Shown here in pieces: positions 1-10,970 of a stretch of 64,000 bases of DNA. The first letter of the stretch is position 1, and each line of letters opens with the position of its first letter. The translations under genes were made by a program, and so were the position numbers. Under the pieces are notes generated by a model that made no database searches, was not told the origin of the DNA, and worked only from the letters and a program-made list of their open reading frames with translations. This stretch comes from Myxococcales bacterium (GTDB lineage: Bacteria; Myxococcota_A; Polyangia; Polyangiales; DASUME01): assembly GCA_047601445.1 (NCBI GenBank), contig JASGJH010000001.1:544001-608000 (forward strand). The letters are read 5' to 3'.

Positions 1-945
1 GAACCTCGCAGGCCGATGCTCCATGCCGCACGCGGGGAGCCCACGCCCGGCTCGAGCGAGAGCGTTGCTCCTCGCAGCAATTTCGATCTCGCGGCCCAGC
101 TCTCGGAACTTGGCCAAGCGTGAGAAGCCGCGGGGTAGGGTGATCGCCAACATGGTCGCGGCCGCGGCGCCAAAGCCCAGGCCGAGAGGCAAGAGGACTC
201 GCCCCGTGTTGCGCACCGTGCAATCACGGTAGCCGCTCCAGTCCTCATCGCAGTCTGTAAACATGAATGCGGCGCCGTAGGCGGCGAAGGTGACACCGAG
301 CACACCGAAGCCGCCCCCGACGACCGCCCACGCGAAGGGCCGCACGAAATGGATTTGGCTGCGCTCCGCGTCGAGCTCGGCCAGACGTTGAGCGTGTGGA
401 TGCACCTGTAGCGGCGCTCCGGGCGGAGGGGACTGTGGGGCAGGGCCTTGTGGAAGGGCGGCATGCTCGCCGCCCGCGCTTTCGGCTCCCGCGTATGCCC
501 CGATCGGGACCAGCCCTCGATTTTGTGCCTCCCAGCGCAGCCAGTTGGGGTCCCGGCACTGCAGCGAGCTCACTTCGGCGACCAGCTCGTCGTACCAGCC
601 CGCAACCTTGCGGTGCATGGTGCGCTGCTCCTCGGGCACGTCCACGTTGAGAGAGGCGTCCGGGCCCACGCTGATCAACCAGCGCACGCGCGCCACAGCC
701 GGATTACTGGCGCTGGTACGGGTTGCCTCGAGGTAGGTCGGAGACTGGGCCTTCACGATGACGTAGTGGCGTGCTTGCAGTGCGAGCAAGGTCGCCAAAT
801 ACGTGCGCTCACGATCGAGCTCCGAGCTCGACGTGGAGACTGGACAGCCCGCCGTGTTGTGAAGGGACCAGTTGGTTTCCTTCTTCACACAGCCGGACAG
901 CAAGGCATGCAGCAAAAGAAAAAGGCACGCGAATTGGGTTCGCAT
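1..945 (-). CDS. Lipoprotein with C-terminal TM hairpin; runs off the left window edge (not in the ORF track)
   Basis: Hand-translated from ATG at 945 (GGAG upstream): MRTQFACLFLLLHALLSGC lipobox, no stop down to position 1. Two hydrophobic segments flank CDEDWSGYRDC. Probable 1-nt frameshift near 81-83. Confidence 0.75.
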   Translation of the reverse strand, partial: MRTQFACLFLLLHALLSGCVKKETNWSLHNTAGCPVSTSSSELDRERTYLATLLALQARHYVIVKAQSPTYLEATRTSASNPAVARVRWLISVGPDASLNVDVPEEQRTMHRKVAGWYDELVAEVSSLQCRDPNWLRWEAQNRGLVPIGAYAGAESAGGEHAALPQGPAPQSPPPGAPLQVHPHAQRLAELDAERSQIHFVRPFAWAVVGGGFGVLGVTFAAYGAAFMFTDCDEDWSGYRDCTVRNTGRVLLPLGLGFGAAAATMLAITLPRGFSRLAKFRELGREIEIAARSNALARAGRGLPACGMEHRPARF

Positions 946-995
946 GCCCTGAGTCTCCGCAGCCCCTGCGGACGTTCAAAGTTTCTCGGGGTGAA

Positions 996-1771
996 TCAGC
1001 CCGAACCCGAGACGGCCTTCTCCGGACGCTCGCGCGCCGAGGCCTTGACGAAGTCGCGGTTCATGCGGGCGATGAAAGCGATGCTGATTTCCTTCGGGCA
1101 GGCAGCCTCGCACTCGCGGTGGTTGGTGCAGTTGCCGAAGCCTTCCGCGTCCATCTGGCGCACCATGGCGAGCACGCGCCGATCGCGCTGGGGCTCACCC
1201 TGCGGCAGCAGGCCCAGGTGGCCGACCTTGGCGCTGGTGAAGAGCGAGGCCGAGGCGTTGGGGCAGGCTGCGACGCAAGCACCGCAGCCGATGCAGGCGG
1301 CCGCGTCGAACGCCAGGTCGGCGTCCGTCTTGTTCACGCGAATGCCGTTGGCCTCGGGGGCCGAGCCGGCACGCACCGAGATGTAGCCGCCGGACTGAAT
1401 GATGCGGTCGAAGGAGCTGCGGTCGACCACCAAGTCACGCAGCACCGGGAAGGCGCGCGCGCGGAAGGGTTCGACCCAGATCTCGTCGCCGCTCTTGAAC
1501 GTGCGCATGTGCAGCTGGCAGGCGGTGGTGGCCGACTGCGGGCCGTGCGGCACGCCGTTGATCATGATGCCGCACATGCCGCAGATACCCTCGCGGCAAT
1601 CGCTGTCGAACGCGATGGGCTCCTCGCCCTTCGCGATCAACGTCTCGTTCAAGATGTCGAGCATCTCCAGGAACGAAGCGTGCTCGGTGACCTTGAGCTC
1701 GTAGTGGACGAACTTGCCTTCGGCCTGGGGCGCAGGCTGACGCCACACGTGGAGGTGAATGTTCAGCTCGC

Positions 1772-1775
<4 letters not shown>
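996..1775 (-). CDS. sdhB: Succinate dehydrogenase/fumarate reductase iron-sulfur subunit
   Basis: [11 protein letters not shown] 2Fe-2S motif, [12 protein letters not shown] and [12 protein letters not shown] clusters; overlaps the sdhA stop. Confidence 0.95.
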
Positions 1776-3715
<1,940 letters not shown>

Positions 3716-3733
3716 GTTCGCGAACCTTTTCCT

Positions 3734-4438
3734 TTACTCCGCAGCTTCCGCATCGTCCGACAGGACAGGGTCGACCGGCTGGAGATTGCCGGTGAGAACC
3801 GAGAGCGGCACCGAGATGAAGCCGAGCACGATCACCACGGTGAGCGCTCCGGCGATGCCCGAGCGCAGGCCGTTGTACTTGGGATGGTCGAGGCCCAGCG
3901 TCTGCGTGAGGCTCCAGATGCCGTGATAGAGGTGCATCCCGAGCACGCCCATGGCCGCGATGTAGAGCACCGCGATGACCGGGTTGGCGAGCGCTTGCGT
4001 CAGGTTGTTGTAGACGTCGCCATGGACGAACACGAACGCATTGCCGACGCCGACCGTGAGCGTCAGCACGTGATAGAGGATGAACGAGAGCAGCAGGATG
4101 CCGCCGTAGCGCATGGTCAGTGCGGCGTAGTTCGTCGCCAGGTTCTTGCGCTGCATGTACTGCTTGGGTCGCGCCTCGGCGCTCTTGCCCCAAAGCGCGA
4201 ACGCGCACTGGATGTGCACCGCCAGGGCCGCCAGCAACACGATGCGCTGGCCCCACAGGAGCGGCGGGTTGTTCGCCAAGAAGCCCGCATACTCGTTGTA
4301 CTTGTCGCGGCCCGCGAAGGCGCCCAGGTGACCGAGCATGTGGAGGATGACCCATCCCACCACGATGAGTCCCGAGGTGGCCATCGCCACCTTCTTGCCG
4401 ATGGTGGTCCCGTAGAATGTCATTACCCTGGTCGTCAT
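3734..4438 (-). CDS. sdhC: Succinate dehydrogenase cytochrome b558 subunit (single-subunit membrane anchor)
   Basis: Start moved to MTTRVMTF (GGAGGA RBS upstream); TTIGKKVAMATSG, HMLGHL, HLYHGIWSLTQTLG; about 5 TM helices. Confidence 0.9.
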   Translation of the reverse strand: MTTRVMTFYGTTIGKKVAMATSGLIVVGWVILHMLGHLGAFAGRDKYNEYAGFLANNPPLLWGQRIVLLAALAVHIQCAFALWGKSAEARPKQYMQRKNLATNYAALTMRYGGILLLSFILYHVLTLTVGVGNAFVFVHGDVYNNLTQALANPVIAVLYIAAMGVLGMHLYHGIWSLTQTLGLDHPKYNGLRSGIAGALTVVIVLGFISVPLSVLTGNLQPVDPVLSDDAEAAE

Positions 4439-4648
4439 CGCATCTCCTCCGGTCCGACCGCAGTTCTCGCGAGGCCTGCTTCTCGTCACAGGTGGGCTCG
4501 TCGAGCGCGCGGGGCAGACTGGGCAGCCGACGGCGCGGCGCGCGGGCCGTCGGATCTCAGATCGTGGGAGGCTCCGTGGCCTCACCGAGACGGCGAGCGA
4601 TTTAGCATATTTGCCGCACAGGGTCTACCGATTGGCAATCACCTGAGC

Positions 4649-5851
4649 TCAGTTGTTCGCGTCGCTCGGGGGGTCCAGGTAGTCGACCAATTCCCCGCGA
4701 AATGTTCGCAGCGTGGTGGAAACACCCGACCGCGCCACGATGTAGTTGGGACCTACTGGAACCTTGCCACGTCCGTGGGGGGTATCCACGATGAACTTGG
4801 GCAAGGCGATGCCGCTCAGACGTCCCTGCAGGGCCGCCATGATCTCGAGCCCGGTATCGAGCGGGGTCCGCAGGTGGCCAGTGCCGCGCACAGGGTCAGC
4901 CTGCAGCAGGTAATAGGGACGCACCCGGGTTCGCACGAGGCCTCGAAATAGCTGCTCGAGCACCTGGGCGTCGTCGTTCACGCCGCGCAACAGCACGGTG
5001 TGGTTCATCACGGGGATGCCGTGGTCCACCAGCATGGCGCAGGCACGCTTCGCCTCTGCGCTCAGCTCGCGCGGGTGGTTGAAGTGGGTCATCAGCCAGA
5101 CGGCAGGGTGGGCGCGCAGAGCCCGGCACAACTCGGGCGTGATGCGCTGGGGCAAGGTCACGGGCGTCCGCGAGGCGACACGCAGATTGCCGATGCTCTC
5201 GATCTCGGCCAGTGCCTCGAGCAACGCTTGCAAGCGCTCGGTCTTCATCACCAGGGGATCGCCCCCGGACACGATGACCTCCTGGACCGCGGGATGCGCA
5301 CGCAGATAGGCCAGGGCGGGCTCCAGGCTGGCCAGGCTGCGTGTGCCGCCGCCGTTGCCCACCATGCGGGAGCGCGTGCAGAAGCGGCAGTAGACCGAGC
5401 AGCGATCGGTGGCGATCAAGAGGGCGCGATCCGGGTAGCGCTGCACCAGATGCGGAGCGACCTCGTTGGCCTCCTCGCCGAGCGGGTCTCTCAGATCGCC
5501 CGCCACCTCGCGACCTTCGAGGGCGTGAGGGACGCATTGGCGGCGGATGGGGCAGGCCGGATCGTGACGGTCGATGAGGGACGCGTAATAAGGCGTGATC
5601 GAGAGCGGGAAGCCGCCCGCAAGGGCACGCTCGGTCCCCTGCCGCTCGAGCGGGGTCAGGGCCACGGCGGCGTCCAAGGCAGCGAGATCCGTGATGGCGT
5701 TGGCCAGCTGCCAGCGCCAATCCGTGGCTTCCTGCGGCCCACCAGGTTCGGACAGGCCGACCTGAGAACCTTGAGCACGCTCCTGAAGCTCTCGCGCTAC
5801 CGGCGGTTCCGGCCGATCAGACAGCGCGAGCTGCCTCTTCGTCGACGACAT
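4649..5851 (-). CDS. KamA-family radical SAM aminomutase (lysine 2,3-aminomutase/EpmB-like)
   Basis: DWRWQL, EDPL-like RDPLGEE, QRYPDRALL, CSVYCRFCTR (CxxxCxxC), SGGDPL, THFNHPRE, GRGKVP PLP lysine; start placed at MSSTKRQ. Confidence 0.9.
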   Translation of the reverse strand: MSSTKRQLALSDRPEPPVARELQERAQGSQVGLSEPGGPQEATDWRWQLANAITDLAALDAAVALTPLERQGTERALAGGFPLSITPYYASLIDRHDPACPIRRQCVPHALEGREVAGDLRDPLGEEANEVAPHLVQRYPDRALLIATDRCSVYCRFCTRSRMVGNGGGTRSLASLEPALAYLRAHPAVQEVIVSGGDPLVMKTERLQALLEALAEIESIGNLRVASRTPVTLPQRITPELCRALRAHPAVWLMTHFNHPRELSAEAKRACAMLVDHGIPVMNHTVLLRGVNDDAQVLEQLFRGLVRTRVRPYYLLQADPVRGTGHLRTPLDTGLEIMAALQGRLSGIALPKFIVDTPHGRGKVPVGPNYIVARSGVSTTLRTFRGELVDYLDPPSDANN

Positions 5852-6303
5852 CGCCGGCGAGCTTAGTCGACGAGGACGATCTGGGCTCGCGTCCCCCGCA
5901 TGTGGCGCGCTGCGGGGCTCCCCCTGGGTCGCCCTGGCACAGATGGCGTGATGCCGGTTGGGGAAGGGCACCAGTGCTCGCCCGGGACTAGCCGAAAGCA
6001 GCGCCCCCAAAAATGTAGTCGTGCCTAACAATTCACGGCGGGGGGGCCTATTCCCAAATGTGAGAACTGCGACGCAGAGACAAGCACGATGTTGTAATGC
6101 TGCTGTTAATTGCCAAGTGATATCAGTAAATCTCGGGTTATCCTCGATGTGCGGATGCGTAGGGCAAGCCGGTGCGCTACATCCCGAGAGTCGCTAGCCG
6201 TGTCACCTCGAGACACCGGCTTGCTCCTGTTTGACGGACTCGGACCCTGAGCGGGCCGGGGTTCCGCGGCAGCGTAGTCCCCTCAACCGAGAGCCCACCC
6301 GCG

Positions 6304-8079
6304 ATGACGACGACGCAACTGACCAAGAATCCCACCTTGTTGGCGTGGGTCGACGAGCAAGCAAAGCTGACCAAGCCGGAAAAGATTGTCTGGGTCGATG
6401 GCAGCGACGAAGAGCACAAGCGGCTGACCGAAATCGCCCTGGCCGAGGGAGCCATCGAGCCCCTCAACCCCGAGAAGCTCCCCGGTTGCTTCTACAGTCG
6501 CTCGAACCCGAATGACGTTGCGCGCGTCGAGCACCTTACCTTTATCTGCACGCCCACCAAGGAAGAGGCCGGTCCCACCAACAACTGGATGGCCCCCGAC
6601 GAGGCGTACAAGAAGCTGCGTGGTCTCTTCGACGGCTCCATGAAGGGCCGCACCATGTACGTCATCCCGTACGTCATGGGACCGCTGGGCTCGCCGATTA
6701 GTAAGGTGGGCGTGGAGCTCACCGACAGCGTCTACGTGGTGCTCAACATGCGCATCATGGCGCGCATGGGCAAAGGGGCCCTCGACCAGCTGGGCAACTC
6801 CAACGACTTCAATCGCGGTCTCCACTCGACGCTCGACATCAACCCCGAGCGTCGTTTCATTTGTCACTTCCCGCAGGACAACACCATCTGGTCCGTGGGC
6901 TCGGGCTACGGTGGCAACGTCCTGCTCGGCAAGAAGTGCCTGGCGCTCCGCATCGGCAGCTACCTCGGTCGCAAGGAAGGCTGGCTCGCCGAGCACATGC
7001 TCATCCTCGGCGTCGAGAACCCGCAGGGCGAGACCCACTACGTGGCAGCCGCGTTCCCCAGCGCGTGCGGCAAGACCAACTTCGCCATGCTCATCCCGCC
7101 CCAGCACTACAAGGGCTGGAAGGTGTGGACAGTCGGCGACGACATCGCCTGGATGAAGGTCGGTGAGGACGGCCGTCTGTGGGCCATCAACCCCGAGGCC
7201 GGTTACTTCGGCGTGGCGCCCGGCACCAGCATGAAGTCCAACCCGAACGCCATGAAGACCGTGCTCAAGAACACGATCTTCACGAACGTGGCGAAGACGG
7301 AGGACGGCGACGTGTGGTGGGAAGGCAAGGACGGCGAAGTCCCCCAGCGCATGACCGATTGGCAAGGACGCCCCTGGGTCAAGGGCGAGTCCAAGGAGAA
7401 GGCGGCGCACCCGAACTCTCGCTTCACCGCGCCCGCCATCAACAACCCCGCGCTCTCGCCCCACGCCAACGATCCGCAGGGCGTGCCGATCAGCGCCATC
7501 ATCTTCGGTGGCCGTCGCGCCACCACCGTGCCGCTCGTCATGGAGTCCTTCAACTGGGCGCACGGCGTGTACTTCGGCGCCACCATGGGCTCCGAGACCA
7601 CGGCTGCCGCGGTCGGTCAGGTCGGCATCGTGCGTCGCGACCCGATGGCGATGCTGCCCTTCTGCGGATACAACGTGGGCGATTACTTCGAGCATTGGCT
7701 CGGCATGCAGAACCGCATCAAGAACCCGCCCAAGATCTTCATGGTCAACTGGTTCCGCCAGAAGGACGGCAAGTTCGTGTGGCCCGGCTTCGGCGACAAC
7801 ATGCGCGTGCTCAAGTGGGTGCTGGATCGCGTCGAGGGCAAGGTCCCCGCGCGTGAGACCGTGGTCGGCATGGTGCCGCGCGACGGCGATCTCGACACGC
7901 AGGCGCTCGATGCGCAGCCCGGCGATCTCGAGGCTGCCATGCGCGTAGACCTGGGCGAGTGGAAGCAGGAGCTCGAGGGCCAGGCCGACTGGTTCGAGCA
8001 GGTGGGCAGCACGCTGCCCAAGGCGCTCAAGCTGCAGCGCGAGATGCTCATCGAGCGCGTGGCTCAGGCCACCCGCTGA
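6304..8079 (+). CDS. pckG: Phosphoenolpyruvate carboxykinase (GTP)
   Basis: GSGYGGNVLLGKKC, WLAEHM, FPSACGKTN, VGDDIAW, HPNSRF, RRDPMAMLPFCGY. Confidence 0.97.
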   Translation: MTTTQLTKNPTLLAWVDEQAKLTKPEKIVWVDGSDEEHKRLTEIALAEGAIEPLNPEKLPGCFYSRSNPNDVARVEHLTFICTPTKEEAGPTNNWMAPDEAYKKLRGLFDGSMKGRTMYVIPYVMGPLGSPISKVGVELTDSVYVVLNMRIMARMGKGALDQLGNSNDFNRGLHSTLDINPERRFICHFPQDNTIWSVGSGYGGNVLLGKKCLALRIGSYLGRKEGWLAEHMLILGVENPQGETHYVAAAFPSACGKTNFAMLIPPQHYKGWKVWTVGDDIAWMKVGEDGRLWAINPEAGYFGVAPGTSMKSNPNAMKTVLKNTIFTNVAKTEDGDVWWEGKDGEVPQRMTDWQGRPWVKGESKEKAAHPNSRFTAPAINNPALSPHANDPQGVPISAIIFGGRRATTVPLVMESFNWAHGVYFGATMGSETTAAAVGQVGIVRRDPMAMLPFCGYNVGDYFEHWLGMQNRIKNPPKIFMVNWFRQKDGKFVWPGFGDNMRVLKWVLDRVEGKVPARETVVGMVPRDGDLDTQALDAQPGDLEAAMRVDLGEWKQELEGQADWFEQVGSTLPKALKLQREMLIERVAQATR

Positions 8080-8104
8080 GCCTTCGCCAGCTACGTAGCG
8101 AGAC

Positions 8105-8139
8105 CCCGTGAGGCCCAAGCCTCGCGGGTTTTTTGTTTT
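8105..8139 (+). terminator. Rho-independent terminator of pckG
   Basis: 10-bp stem CCCGTGAGGC/GCCTCGCGGG (one G-U), CCAA loop, followed by TTTTTTGTTTT. Confidence 0.85.
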
Positions 8140-8169
8140 CGTGGGTGGGCGCGAAACGTCGTCGCAAGC

Positions 8170-9010
8170 TCACCTGGGCTGGCACTTGCCGGTCACCTTC
8201 GTGCGCACGATCGCATAGGGATAGAAGCAGAAGTCGTCGGGGTTCGAGCAGGCGGCATCTTCGCGACAATAGCCATTGGGTTTGGCCGCTGCTGCAGTAG
8301 CCGACACCGGCATCCGGCGGGATGAAGCAGCCGCCGCCAAAGAAGCAATGGTCGACCTTGCTGCAGTCGTCGCCATCTTGGCGATCGCTGCACGTACGTA
8401 TCCCGGCGTCGTCAAGGTGGGTGACGCAGGTCCGTTCGAGGCAGTCTCGGTCGTCGTCGCATGGTCTGCCATCTAGGCCGGATGAACAGGTCATCCCCGT
8501 GGGCGTGTCGACGCAGTGGTGACCATCGGGGCAGTCCGTGTTGCTCGTGCACGATTGCTCGACTGCGGTGCAGACACCTTGGAAAACGCCTTCGACGAGA
8601 CCCCGACACACCAGCGACGCGCAGTCCGTGTGTTCGGAGCAGACGCTGCCTTCCTTGCCGTCGGTGCAGTGCCCCAAGCGCGGGATCCCGTTGTAGGTCG
8701 TGCTCACGCAGAACCCAGTGTTGCAACCCGCATTTCCCCAGCAGGCGGAACCCAAGTCACCCGTGGTGCAAATCTGCGCAATGCCGTGATCGTCGTCGAT
8801 GCAGAAGCCGCCCGGGCAGGGACCGCTCTCGCGGCAGATCGGCCCGACGAACGTGGCGTCGTTGGCATCGGCGGCTCCATCGGAGGCGTCGGCGTCGGCG
8901 TCGGGGAGGCTCGCGTCCACCCAACGGCTCGAGGGGTCGTTCTCGACACACGCCCCGCCGAGCAGCACGATCAGGTGCGCGAACCGCCGAGTTGGGCGGG
9001 TTCCAATCAT
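8170..9010 (-). CDS. Cys-rich repeat lipoprotein, apparently frameshifted near 8285
   Basis: Lipobox LGGAC and repeated G-x2-C-x4/5-C-x3-C modules. The Cys pattern continues in the 8170..8472 frame (KPNGYCREDAACSNPDDFC...). Confidence 0.7.
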
Positions 9011-9174
9011 GCGGAAGAGCTCTCCAACGTAAAACGAGAGAATTGCTGAGCTTGATTGCGCTGCGCTGCCCCTTCTGGCCCAAATTCGTCCTGATCACCC
9101 CTGCCTGGGCTTGTGGTTTTCCCAGGTCCGACGTCTAAGGGCGTCGGCTCTCTTTTACCTGTGGGGGAAATTGC

Positions 9175-9855
9175 ATGCGCATTCAGTCTCTGCTTGGGCT
9201 CTCGGTGTTGACCTTGGTTGCGGCCGCGTCGAGCGGCTGTGGTGTTCGCTTGCTGCGTACGCCCACCAACGTGTCCGACGCGCAGCCGATCAAGATCGAG
9301 GGCTACTCCTCCAAGAGCCGCTCGTTCGACAACGGAGTGCTCAAGATCGGGAGCTACGCCGTGAACAACGTCGACCGCGACTGGCAAAAGGGCTCCGGCG
9401 TGGAGGCTGGCCCGTTCTCCAAGGAGAAGAAGAAGAACGCCTATCGCTACGACATCACGGCCCAGGCCCGCACCTTGCACGGCGAGTGCACCGAGGAGCA
9501 GGTCGCCAAGGGCGTGGCCGGGTTCGGTTCGACCCACGTGACCTTCGGCTGTGCATGCACGGAGGGCGAAAAACAGGTCTCCAAGATCGACGTGGTGGAC
9601 GGCGCTGGCACGGTTCAGGTGGGCGAGGGCGTCACCTACAACGTGACGAGCCTCAACGACGTCGAGGGCGGCGGCACCTCGAACAGTGCGCTGGGCTATC
9701 AGTTCCAGGGCCCGCAGGGGTTGGGTGTGGTGGACGTGAGCGGCACCGGGCGCGCCTGGGTTCCCGCCAACTCGGCCGAAGATGACACCTTCGGGCTGGC
9801 CTGCAGTTACGCGGGCCTGCTGCTGTACCGCCCGGCCTCCGGCTCGATGTTCTGA
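9175..9855 (+). CDS. Hypothetical lipoprotein
   Basis: Signal peptide with ASSGC lipobox-like end, strongly GC3-biased codons, GGGGA upstream. Confidence 0.75.
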   Translation: MRIQSLLGLSVLTLVAAASSGCGVRLLRTPTNVSDAQPIKIEGYSSKSRSFDNGVLKIGSYAVNNVDRDWQKGSGVEAGPFSKEKKKNAYRYDITAQARTLHGECTEEQVAKGVAGFGSTHVTFGCACTEGEKQVSKIDVVDGAGTVQVGEGVTYNVTSLNDVEGGGTSNSALGYQFQGPQGLGVVDVSGTGRAWVPANSAEDDTFGLACSYAGLLLYRPASGSMF

Positions 9856-9906
9856 TGTGCGTGACTTGAGCTGACCCGCGGCCAGCTGAGCTATGCTGCG
9901 GCGCGG

Positions 9907-10968
9907 GTGATCAAGTACATCGGTAGCAAGCGTCTGCTTTTGCCCAACATCGTGCGCGCGGCTCACGCGTTGCCAGGGGGCAGGCGCGTGCTCGACCTGT
10001 TCAGCGGCACGTCTCGCGTGGGCCACGCGTTCAAGGCGGCCGGCTATCAGGTCACGGCCAACGATCACAACAGCTACGCCTATCGGCTCGCTCAGTGCTA
10101 CGTGCAGGCCGATCGCGCGAACGTGGTGGGGGACGCCGAGCGATTGCTCGCGGAACTCGCGCGGCTACCGGGACGCGCGGGCTACTTCACCGAGACCTTC
10201 TGCCAGCGTTCGCGCTACGTCCAGCCCCACAACGGCGAGCGGGTCGACGCGATCCGCGAGCGCATCGCTCAACTGGCCCTCGAGCCGGTGCTGGAGTCGG
10301 TGCTGCTGGTCTCGCTGATGGAGGCGGCCGATCGCGTCGACTCCACGTGCGGGCTGCAGATGGCGTATCTCAAGAAGTGGTCGGCGCGTTCCCACAACCA
10401 GCTCGAGCTGCGCATGCCCGACGTGTTGCCGGGGGCCGGCGACGCTTGGCATTCGGACGCTCTCGAGGCGGCGGGGCGAGCGAGCTTCGATCTCGTCTAT
10501 TTGGACCCGCCCTACAATCAGCATCGCTACTTGGGCAACTACCATGTGTGGGAGTCCCTGGTGCGTTGGGACAAGCCCGAGGTCTACGGGCTGGCCATGA
10601 AGCGCATGGACGCCAAGGACTACAAGAGCGACTTCAACTCGCGCCCGCGCATTCGGGAGGCCCTCTCGAAGGTGGTCGAGCGGCTCGACACTCGTTACGT
10701 GCTCGTGTCGTTCAACAACGAGGGCTACCTGTCTCACGAAGAGCTCGCCGAGATGCTGGCCGTGCGGGGTGAAGTGGCCTCGCTGGAGCTGAACTACAAG
10801 CGCTACGTGGGAGCCCAGATCGGCATCTACAACCCACAGGGCGAGAAGGTCGGCCGGGTCAGCCATCTGCGCAATTCGGAGTATCTGTTCCTGGCGGGGC
10901 CCGATGCCAACCGGTTGCTCGCGCACAGCACCGAAGCAGCAGGGGCCGTTTCCGCCTCGGCCGAGTAG
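9907..10968 (+). CDS. DNA adenine methyltransferase (D12/FokI-like), orphan
   Basis: N-terminal KYIGSK, motif I DLFSGT, motif IV YLDPPYN, VLVSFNNEG; GTG start. Confidence 0.88.
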   Translation: MIKYIGSKRLLLPNIVRAAHALPGGRRVLDLFSGTSRVGHAFKAAGYQVTANDHNSYAYRLAQCYVQADRANVVGDAERLLAELARLPGRAGYFTETFCQRSRYVQPHNGERVDAIRERIAQLALEPVLESVLLVSLMEAADRVDSTCGLQMAYLKKWSARSHNQLELRMPDVLPGAGDAWHSDALEAAGRASFDLVYLDPPYNQHRYLGNYHVWESLVRWDKPEVYGLAMKRMDAKDYKSDFNSRPRIREALSKVVERLDTRYVLVSFNNEGYLSHEELAEMLAVRGEVASLELNYKRYVGAQIGIYNPQGEKVGRVSHLRNSEYLFLAGPDANRLLAHSTEAAGAVSASAE

Positions 10969-10970
10969 CG

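Noticed and set aside
4630..4640. GATTGGCAATC palindrome upstream of sdhC resembling GATTGCAATC before smc
   Set aside because: Different spacing and unrelated genes; two instances cannot establish a shared motif.
8048..8169. C-terminal extension of ORF 8048..9010
   Set aside because: Crosses the pckG terminator and 3' end; better explained by a frameshift with the stop at 8170.
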